From Candidatus Scatovivens sp. (GTDB taxonomy: Bacteria > Bacillota > Clostridia > TANB77 > CAG-508), in the NCBI GenBank assembly GCA_045648625.1, contig JAZROJ010000044.1:1-37490 (forward strand): a DNA stretch of 37,490 bases, in the 5' to 3' direction. The translations under genes were made by a program, and so were the position numbers. This document shows, in pieces, positions 8,788-16,097 of this stretch. The notes beneath the pieces were generated by a model, which was given only the letters and a program-made list of their open reading frames with translations, had not been told where the DNA came from and did not search any database. Numbering within the stretch: position 1 is the stretch's first letter; each line of letters opens with the position of its first letter.

Positions 8788-9393
8788 ATGCAAAACAATA
8801 TCAAAATTAGTCAAACCACAAAAGAAATTATATTAAATGTAAATGTAATAGCAGAAATACAAGAGATTTTAGATGAATTACAAACAAAATTACCAAAACT
8901 TAGAGATTTTTATCAATCTTCTAAAATACCAATGAGGGTAACAGGAAGACTGTTTACAGATACAGAAATAGAAGTGGTAAAAAATATAATTAATAATGAA
9001 ATTGATGTGGAAGTAAAATTTGATGATGTTTCAGATTTGCTAGGGCTACATGCAATTAAAAGGACATTTGAAACTCAAACAGATATATCAGAAACAAAAT
9101 TTATTCAAAATTCTATAAGATCTGGACAAAGGGAAGAATATCCAGGAAGCTTAGTTATTTGTGGAGATGTAAATGCAGGAGCAGAAGTCGTGGCAGGAGG
9201 AAATATAATGGTATTAGGAGCTCTAAGAGGAGTGGCTCATGCAGGTGCAAATGGTAATACAATGGCTATGATATCTGCTAATTATATTGATGTTACACAA
9301 GTGCGAATTGCAAATATGGTAAGAGAAGTTCCGGAGAAGACAGAAAAATGTCCTATTTGTAAAGTAGAGAGAAATGAAATTATAATAGTTTAA
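8788..9393 (+). CDS. minC: Septum site-determining protein MinC
   Basis: The C-terminal beta-helix signature is present: GSLVICGDVNAGAEVVAGGNIMVLGALRGVAHAGANGN..A.I.A......Q.RIA. No minD or minE follows. Confidence 0.85.
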   Translation: MQNNIKISQTTKEIILNVNVIAEIQEILDELQTKLPKLRDFYQSSKIPMRVTGRLFTDTEIEVVKNIINNEIDVEVKFDDVSDLLGLHAIKRTFETQTDISETKFIQNSIRSGQREEYPGSLVICGDVNAGAEVVAGGNIMVLGALRGVAHAGANGNTMAMISANYIDVTQVRIANMVREVPEKTEKCPICKVERNEIIIV

Positions 9394-9845
9394 AATAATA
9401 AAAGGAAAAGTGTTAAAATTAAAACAAAATCATAATTGCTTTCAGAAAATTTAGGTTTAATATTAGAATCAAAATTTTCTATAACAGAAAGAAGATTTGC
9501 AATTTTGATATATTGTTCTAGCTTTTCCTTTTTATCATTTTCTAAATATGGTTTTAAAGCCATAAGAAGAGTGTTCCTAGGGCTATGATTATTTTTATTA
9601 ATAGAAGATAAGATGCTTTTAATTTTTAAAATTGTATCTATATCTAAATTAAAGTCACTGGAACTTTCTGAATTATCAAAGTTATTATCGTGTTCATAAT
9701 TCTGATTGTTATCACATCCAGTATTATTATGCATATTTGAATTAGTAGGTGGCTGGTTTCCACCTACTATTTTATTTAAATCAATATCTTTTTCTTTTAA
9801 TATACTAGAAAATTTATTTAGAATATTTGAAAAATCCTCACTCAT
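9390..9845 (-). CDS. Hypothetical 151-aa protein: N-terminal helix, N/D/S-rich middle, conserved-looking LLMALKPYL helix, hydrophobic C-terminal tail
   Basis: SD GAGGGA is followed by an ATG. It converges on minC with a 4-nt overlap (TTAA). The C-terminus FVLILTLFLLLF looks like a tail anchor. No family recognised. Confidence 0.6.
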   Translation of the reverse strand: MSEDFSNILNKFSSILKEKDIDLNKIVGGNQPPTNSNMHNNTGCDNNQNYEHDNNFDNSESSSDFNLDIDTILKIKSILSSINKNNHSPRNTLLMALKPYLENDKKEKLEQYIKIANLLSVIENFDSNIKPKFSESNYDFVLILTLFLLLF

Positions 9846-9871
9846 AATTCCCTCATAAAATTGAAATATTT

Positions 9872-10012
9872 TTAGTTATCTTTTTTATTAAAATCTTGTT
9901 TAATATTAGAACTTTCTAATATTTTTTGAGCTTTGTATAAGTTTTTTTCAATTTCTTCTTTATCCATTTTTGATAGAGCTGAAAGAAGTTTGTTTATATC
10001 CATGTTATCCAA
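9872..10012 (-). CDS. Unannotated small ORF (46 aa from TTG 10012; 43 aa if ATG 10003): MDNMDINKLLSALSKMDKEEIEKNLYKAQKILESSNIKQDFNKKDN
   Basis: It is below the ORF-track size cutoff. A strong SD AAGGAGGG (revcomp of 10019-10026) lies 7 nt before the in-frame TTG. The stop is 26 nt upstream of the next minus-strand gene, so the two probably form an operon. Confidence 0.5.
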   Translation of the reverse strand: MDNMDINKLLSALSKMDKEEIEKNLYKAQKILESSNIKQDFNKKDN

Positions 10013-10337
10013 AAAAATCCCTCCTTAATGGTTATTGTTTTGTATATTATATGAAAAATAATTTTATAAAATGATTAAAAAAGCAAAAGTTTTCCACAAA
10101 AACAAAACAAAAAGTGGAAAAACTCCAATATTTTTAAAAATGTAATGAAAACTTAATATTGAAATAAAACGTCTCAAAAGCATATTTTCCGTAAAAATAA
10201 ATTTTTGAAGTGCTTGTAATACTTGAAAAATAAGGAAAAAGCCTATGTACAAATAAAAAAATATATTGTAGTATAAATATATATTTTTATAATTAATGGG
10301 AGCATTGCGCCCAAAACAAAAGAAAGAGGAATTTGGT

Positions 10338-13300
10338 ATGAAACAAGCAATAATTAAAAAGCTAATTATAGCACTGATATTATTTGTAATACTGTTTTCA
10401 AATTTTGGATATACGCTTATTGTAATAGCTTCAAGTGATGAATTTGAAGTTATTAAACACGGTTTTTTTGAAAAAGAAGAAATACAGTTTGAAGCATATT
10501 TTGGAGATGAAGAAGAAAAATCTTATGACAAAATAGTTGAAGTAAATAAAACTGTTGAACTAAATTTAAAGTTAACTCCAAAAATTGAAGGGTATTTAAA
10601 AAATGCAGTAATAAAAGCAGTATCTGAAAACGGAGAATTACCAAATTTTAGAATAAAAAATATAAAATCAAATTCTGAAGAGTTAGAGATAAAAACAGAT
10701 AATGATAATATTGGTTCTGAAAAAACTGAAGAAATATTAGAAAATGTAGTTGTAGAAAATGAAATTGCGGAAGAAGAAAATGTTTCTGCAAGTGAAGAGA
10801 CTGAAAATATAGTAGACAATCAATTTGTTATTGAAGAAAATAACAATATAAAAGATAAAATAGGAACTACAAATGATGTAAATACAACAAATGAAATTGT
10901 AGAAAACGAAGAACAAGAAATATTAGAAAATGAAGAAGAACAAATACAAGAAAATACAGAAAAAAAACAAGAAGAATCAAAAGATGAACAAGAAAAAGAT
11001 AACAATGAAAAACAAGAAGAAATCTTAATTGATGAAGAACAAGTAATAGAAGAAAAAACAAATGAAAGTGAAGAAGAAATAGATTTAATATCTGATGTAA
11101 AATTAATATCAGATAATGAAATTAGCATAAGCAATGTAATTGAAGAAAATGTATATGTTTTAGAATTAGAATATGTACAAGAAGAGAATTTTAAAGTTGA
11201 AGATTTATATAAAAATATTAAATTACAACTTTCAGGAACTTATATTAATAGTGACTTAGCAGAAGTAAAAATAGCGAAAGAAAAAAATATTAAAATTGGC
11301 TGGGAATTTACAAAAGACGTAAATTTAGAAAATGAATATACAAAATTTTCACCATTTAAAGTAGGAGAAACAGTAGGAACAATAGTAGAAAGTACAATTA
11401 TAGTAGAAAGAGAAATATTAGAAGGAAAATATTTACCACTTAAAACAACAAGAATTGTAACTAAAGCCCCAAGATTAAATGGAAAGACACCAATAGAAGT
11501 AAGTGTAATTGCAGAAAAATTATTAGCTACAAGAGGAGAAGATATAGGAGAAGTAAATTTCTATAAAGAGAATTGGAATTATAACGAGCAAAGTGGAGAA
11601 ATAACTATCTTAGTAAATAATGGGCAAGAAGGAATAATAAAAAATGCTAGTGGTATTGATGAATACACACTAATATACAGATATGAAGATTATATAGAAG
11701 ATGATTTGTCTAAATTAACTAGAGATGTGGCTTTAGAGGCAGAACAATATAATGGTAAAGAAAATAAAATAATTAAAAAAGAAATTAGAGACGAACAAAA
11801 AGTAGAAGTAAATGTTGGAGAATTAGTAACATATAGCATAAATTCCACAGAAGAAAAGATAGAAAAATCAAAAATTTATGCAAATTATAATTCAGAAGAA
11901 GCATTACATGAAACAGAATATACAAGCTATATAACTTTAAATATATTAACAAGTGATATGCTTGATAATGTAAAAATTGATTGTTCAAAAGAAGTATATA
12001 AAGATGTAAATGGTTTTGAATTTGAAGCACAAGAAATATATTATAAAAATATTAAATTTAATTATAGTGAAATAAAAAATATATTAGAAAATAGCGGAAA
12101 AATTGAAATTTATAATTTAAATGGAGCGCTTTTATATACATTAGATAGTTCTACAATTCAAAACAATGAGAATTGTATAGTTAACACAAATTATGCAAGT
12201 GGAATTATCATATATGTAAAACATGTTGATACAAATGGGACAATTAATTTCGAATTAACAAAAGTTATAAAAAAATGTAATTATGAAAAATCTGCATTTA
12301 AAAATTTTGTAGAATTAGAAAGTAGAATAAAAGCAGAAGTAAAATATTTAGATTTAGAAGAAACATTAAGTTTAGAAGAAGTAAAAACCACAAAAAAATT
12401 TAATGAAAGTTATACAAGAGCTAATATTTATATTAATAAAGAAGATTTAACAACAATAGAACAAAATGAAAATATAGAAATAAGAGTTGAATTAAATAAT
12501 GATAAACAAGATAGTGATTTATACATAAATCCAAGTTTTGAATTTATATTTCCAAAACATGTAAAACAAGTAACAGTAGAAAATATAAATTTGTTATATG
12601 AAAATGGATTAAGAATAAGTGATTTTCACACATATACAGAAGCAGATGTTGTAAAAATGAGAATAGAGCTTTCTGGAGTGCAAAAAACTTTTAGTGAAAA
12701 TACAATAACAAATGGAACTAATATAATTATAAATGTAAAAATAAAAGTAGATGAATATACACCTGTAAAACAAGATCAAATTAAAATGTATTACTGCAAT
12801 GAAGGTGTAAGTAATTATGAATCTCAAACAAAATGGACTGTTAGCAAACAAATACCAAATGGAATATTAAAAACAACAAATGGATTTGACGTAGCATTAA
12901 TAAAATATAATGCACCGCGAGGATTGATTGCTATTAATAGTATTGTAAATTATGATGGTAATTTAAGTGAAATTAAATCTGTAAAAGAAGGAGAAAAAAG
13001 TGCTCAAATAGCAATTAATTCTTCTTCAAAAATAGCAACAATGGAATTACTTGCATTAAACAATACAGGTAATGAATGTTCAGATATAGTAATGATAGGA
13101 AGAATTCCTTTTAAAGGAAATAAAGATGTAATTAGCAACAAAGACTTAGGAATAACTACAACTGCTGTTATGCAAGAATTTATAAAAGAAAATATTCAAA
13201 ACTTTAATATGACAACTATTTATTATTCAACTAATGAAAATGCAACTAAAGATTTAGAAAATGAAGAAAATGGTTGGATATTAGCAGAACAAATTGCAAA

Positions 13301-16085
13301 TGTTACAGAAGTTAAATCTTTTATGATTATGGTAAAAGGTAATATGGCACCAGGAGCTGTTTTAAGATATACATACCAATTTGAAATACCAGAAAAATTA
13401 CCTTATGAAGCAAATATTTCTGGAAGTTTTGGAATTTATTATAACAACAATACAGATGTAGCAATAATATATGAGAGTGTTTTAGCAGATAAAGTCTCTT
13501 TAAAAACAGAAGCAGGACCAAAAGTAGAAGCTTTATTAAGTGTTGATGTAGGAGATGGAACTGAAGTTGGAGAAGCAAGATTCTTAAATTACACTTTAAA
13601 AGTAAAAAACGTGGGTAGTGTTGTTGCAGAAAATATAACAATAAAAAATCCTGTACCACAATATACAGTATTATATGAATATATGGAAGAGGCATTTGTA
13701 GGTAATGATAATTATGTTTCAAGTAGCAAAACCATTTTAGATTGGACTATAGAGAAATTAGATATAGGGGAAGAAAAAACATATAAATATATGGTAAAAA
13801 CTAGAGAAATACCACCTTTTGAATCATATTGTTATATAAATGGATTTATTCAAGATGAGAGCGGTTATTATTATGAAGAAACCGATGAAAATGGAAATAT
13901 AAATAAAAAATATGTGGATGAAAGTTTTAAAGTTTTTATAGAAAATAAAGCGACAATATCTATAGGGAATTTGGCAATAAATATAGATAGTAATATTGTC
14001 AAAAATCAAATTGTAGATTCAATTTTTGACTTGAATTTTAGTAGATCTTGTTCTGAAAATGTTCCTATAGGAAATGATGTGTCATTTTCTATAAGTGCAA
14101 AAAATATTTCTGGAAAAGTTTTAAATAATATAAAACTAGAAGTGGCTTTACCATCAAATCTAAAATATAAAAACACATTGGTAAAGTCTGCAGTAGAAGA
14201 TATAAAAGCAACTGTAAATTACAATGAGGAAGAACAAGTATTGCAAATTACATTTGAGGAAATTATAAGAGAAGATTTAATTACGATTTATATAGATTCA
14301 GAAGTAATATCAGGGGATTTAATAGAGAAAGATATACAAGCTCATTTTTATACAGGAGATGGAAAAAAAGAAAGTTCTACACCAATATATTTAACTTTTT
14401 TAGGACCTAAGTTAGAAATTGAACAAACTACAAATTTAATAGAAAATCATGTAAAAGAGCAAGAGTATATAGAATTTTTAATAACAGTAAAAAATACAGG
14501 AAATTGGATAGCAAAAGATTTAAAAATAAGTAATGTAATATCAGAGAATTTAAAAAATGTTACAGCTGAAGTTACTGGAGATATTAGCACTCAATTAAAA
14601 GTAGAAAATAATAAAATAAATACAATCTTATATGGATTAGAGTCAAACAAAAAAATGGTACTAAAAATATCAGGAAATGCAACAGAAATAGAAGACTTAA
14701 ATAAAAGAAATGATATTATAAATAAAGCAATTATATCAGCCAATTATGCACCAGAACAAGAGACAGAAGAAATAAGATTGAATATATACTATAATCCAGA
14801 AAAGGTAAAAAGTGAAGAAGAAATTTTAATGGATAACTTGATAGAATATGAAGAAATAAATATAAATTCTAATCAGGAAATAGAAGAAAATAAAGAAATA
14901 AATCATGATTCAAATGTTGTATTGGAAGAAGATGAAGAAAAAGAAAATGATAATTTAGCAGAGAATAATTCTATTGAAAATAACTATATAGAAGATCAAG
15001 AGTCAGAAGAAAACAAAACAGAAGAAAAAGTTGAGGAAATAAAAACTAATAACCAAATTAGTAATGAATCTCTAAATGAAGACATAGTTAAACCAAATAT
15101 AGAAGAGCAAAAATATACTATTTCAGGAAGTATTTGGTTAGATACAAATAAAAATGGTATTAAAGATGATAATGAAGAAAATATTTCAGCAACAAAAGTA
15201 CAATTATTAAAATCAGATACTATGATAAAAGCAACAACAACAGATGGAAATGGAAAATATGAATTTTCTGGTTTATCTAAAGGTACTTATAAAGTTATAT
15301 TTATTTATGATGGAATTAGGTATATGGCTACAACTTATAAAGTGGCAGACACTCAAGAAGAGATAAATTCTGTAGCTATAGAAAGTAATCAAGGAACTTC
15401 TGTAACAAATAATATAGAAATAAATGATTCAAATATTATTAATATCAATTTTGGATTAGTAAGAAAAAAAGTGTTTAACATGAGTATTAATAAATATATA
15501 ACTAAAGCTATTTTAAAAACAAAAGAAAAAGAAGAAGTACATAATTATGAAAATTTAAAATTAGGCAAGTTAGAAATAAATCCAAAAGAAATAAATGAAG
15601 CAGAAGTTACATTAGAATACTCTATTATAGTAAAAAATGATGGTGAAGTAGTAGGAAATGTTGCAAAAATAATGGATATTATACCAAAAGACATGATTTT
15701 TGATATATATCAAAATGAGAATTGGTATTTAGGTGATGATGGAAATGTTTATAATGATTCATTAAAAGATATTACTTTAAACCCTGGAGAGTCGAAAGAG
15801 TTAAAATTGATTTTAACTAAGAAAATGACTGAAAATAATACTGGGGTTATAAGTAACAAAGTTGCAATTTTAGGAACAGAAAATGCAGAAGGTAGGATAG
15901 AATTATCAGATGATAATGTAGACACCCAGGAAATGTTAATATTAGTAAGTACAGGAAAAACTTTGATTAGCCTAATTATAACAATATTAAGTTTTATTGT
16001 AATTGCTCTTGTTATATGGAGCATAAAATCAAAAACTGTATTAGAGAAATTAAAGATAATGAGAAATGGTAAAATTTATAAGTAA
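10338..16085 (+). CDS. Giant surface protein A1 (1915 aa): signal peptide, acidic low-complexity inserts, DUF11-like repeats, one SdrD-B-like domain, C-terminal xVxTG/TM/basic tail
   Basis: The start is moved to ATG 10338 (SD agaaagagga; MKQAIIKKLIIALILFVILFSNFGYTLIVIASS is a signal peptide). It is paralogous and colinear with A2. Shared blocks include FEAYFG.EEEK, GYLKN, KAP.L..KTP, NGTNI..N..IK, Y.AP.GL.A.NSI.NYD, GRIPFKG.KD.IS..DLG, IYYSTN..ATK.L...ENGW. DUF11/CARDB-like strands are present (Y.L.VKNVG...A.NI.I.N). Confidence 0.9.
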   Translation: MKQAIIKKLIIALILFVILFSNFGYTLIVIASSDEFEVIKHGFFEKEEIQFEAYFGDEEEKSYDKIVEVNKTVELNLKLTPKIEGYLKNAVIKAVSENGELPNFRIKNIKSNSEELEIKTDNDNIGSEKTEEILENVVVENEIAEEENVSASEETENIVDNQFVIEENNNIKDKIGTTNDVNTTNEIVENEEQEILENEEEQIQENTEKKQEESKDEQEKDNNEKQEEILIDEEQVIEEKTNESEEEIDLISDVKLISDNEISISNVIEENVYVLELEYVQEENFKVEDLYKNIKLQLSGTYINSDLAEVKIAKEKNIKIGWEFTKDVNLENEYTKFSPFKVGETVGTIVESTIIVEREILEGKYLPLKTTRIVTKAPRLNGKTPIEVSVIAEKLLATRGEDIGEVNFYKENWNYNEQSGEITILVNNGQEGIIKNASGIDEYTLIYRYEDYIEDDLSKLTRDVALEAEQYNGKENKIIKKEIRDEQKVEVNVGELVTYSINSTEEKIEKSKIYANYNSEEALHETEYTSYITLNILTSDMLDNVKIDCSKEVYKDVNGFEFEAQEIYYKNIKFNYSEIKNILENSGKIEIYNLNGALLYTLDSSTIQNNENCIVNTNYASGIIIYVKHVDTNGTINFELTKVIKKCNYEKSAFKNFVELESRIKAEVKYLDLEETLSLEEVKTTKKFNESYTRANIYINKEDLTTIEQNENIEIRVELNNDKQDSDLYINPSFEFIFPKHVKQVTVENINLLYENGLRISDFHTYTEADVVKMRIELSGVQKTFSENTITNGTNIIINVKIKVDEYTPVKQDQIKMYYCNEGVSNYESQTKWTVSKQIPNGILKTTNGFDVALIKYNAPRGLIAINSIVNYDGNLSEIKSVKEGEKSAQIAINSSSKIATMELLALNNTGNECSDIVMIGRIPFKGNKDVISNKDLGITTTAVMQEFIKENIQNFNMTTIYYSTNENATKDLENEENGWILAEQIANVTEVKSFMIMVKGNMAPGAVLRYTYQFEIPEKLPYEANISGSFGIYYNNNTDVAIIYESVLADKVSLKTEAGPKVEALLSVDVGDGTEVGEARFLNYTLKVKNVGSVVAENITIKNPVPQYTVLYEYMEEAFVGNDNYVSSSKTILDWTIEKLDIGEEKTYKYMVKTREIPPFESYCYINGFIQDESGYYYEETDENGNINKKYVDESFKVFIENKATISIGNLAINIDSNIVKNQIVDSIFDLNFSRSCSENVPIGNDVSFSISAKNISGKVLNNIKLEVALPSNLKYKNTLVKSAVEDIKATVNYNEEEQVLQITFEEIIREDLITIYIDSEVISGDLIEKDIQAHFYTGDGKKESSTPIYLTFLGPKLEIEQTTNLIENHVKEQEYIEFLITVKNTGNWIAKDLKISNVISENLKNVTAEVTGDISTQLKVENNKINTILYGLESNKKMVLKISGNATEIEDLNKRNDIINKAIISANYAPEQETEEIRLNIYYNPEKVKSEEEILMDNLIEYEEININSNQEIEENKEINHDSNVVLEEDEEKENDNLAENNSIENNYIEDQESEENKTEEKVEEIKTNNQISNESLNEDIVKPNIEEQKYTISGSIWLDTNKNGIKDDNEENISATKVQLLKSDTMIKATTTDGNGKYEFSGLSKGTYKVIFIYDGIRYMATTYKVADTQEEINSVAIESNQGTSVTNNIEINDSNIININFGLVRKKVFNMSINKYITKAILKTKEKEEVHNYENLKLGKLEINPKEINEAEVTLEYSIIVKNDGEVVGNVAKIMDIIPKDMIFDIYQNENWYLGDDGNVYNDSLKDITLNPGESKELKLILTKKMTENNTGVISNKVAILGTENAEGRIELSDDNVDTQEMLILVSTGKTLISLIITILSFIVIALVIWSIKSKTVLEKLKIMRNGKIYK
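10674..11090 (+). repeat. E/N/Q-rich acidic low-complexity insert in A1 (absent from paralog A2)
   Basis: SEELEIKTDNDN...ENEEQEILENEEEQIQENTEKKQEESKDEQEKDNNEKQEEILIDEEQVIEEKTNESEEEIDL is purine-rich GAA/AAT-type codon reiteration. A2 passes straight from the GYLKN block to the next conserved block without it. Confidence 0.8.
15114..15461 (+). other. SdrD B-like (Ca-binding, prealbumin-like fold) domain in A1
   Basis: YTISGSIWLDTNKNGIKDDNEENISATKVQLL....TTTDGNGKYEFSGLSKGTYKVIFIYDG..Y..TTY matches the G.VW.D.N.NG..D..E.G...V.L....T.T...G.Y.F..L..G.Y.V.F signature. Confidence 0.7.
15942..16082 (+). other. C-terminal sorting-signal-like tail of A1: LVSTG + 21-aa hydrophobic segment + Lys-rich tail
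   Basis: MLILVSTGKTLISLIITILSFIVIALVIWSIKSKTVLEKLKIMRNGKIYK. Confidence 0.5.
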
Positions 16086-16097
16086 GGAGGTGAAATT

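Noticed and set aside
10064-10252. 62-aa minus-strand ORF in the intergenic region upstream of A1
   Set aside because: It has a TTG start with no SD and an F/L/I-rich product typical of random AT-rich ORFs. It would occupy the divergent promoter region.
10296-10337. ORF-track upstream starts for A1 (10296), A2 (24788), B2 (GTG 29886) and DUF4321 (4225)
   Set aside because: In each case a downstream ATG (10338, 24836, 29895, 4237) is preceded by a properly spaced SD and begins a typical signal peptide or TM segment. The upstream starts lack an SD and add non-signal residues.
10453-11134. Cluster of minus-strand ORFs (63-104 aa) rich in S/F/I/L/C opposite the start of A1
   Set aside because: They are shadow ORFs generated by the GAA/AAT-rich acidic low-complexity region of A1, because the antisense strand lacks stop codons. 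They have no SDs and low-complexity products. The same logic applies to the other antisense ORFs in the track inside A1, B1, A2 and B2 (for example 11785-12030, 13327-13722, 18721-19095, 24093-24479, 32462-32827, 33287-33619).
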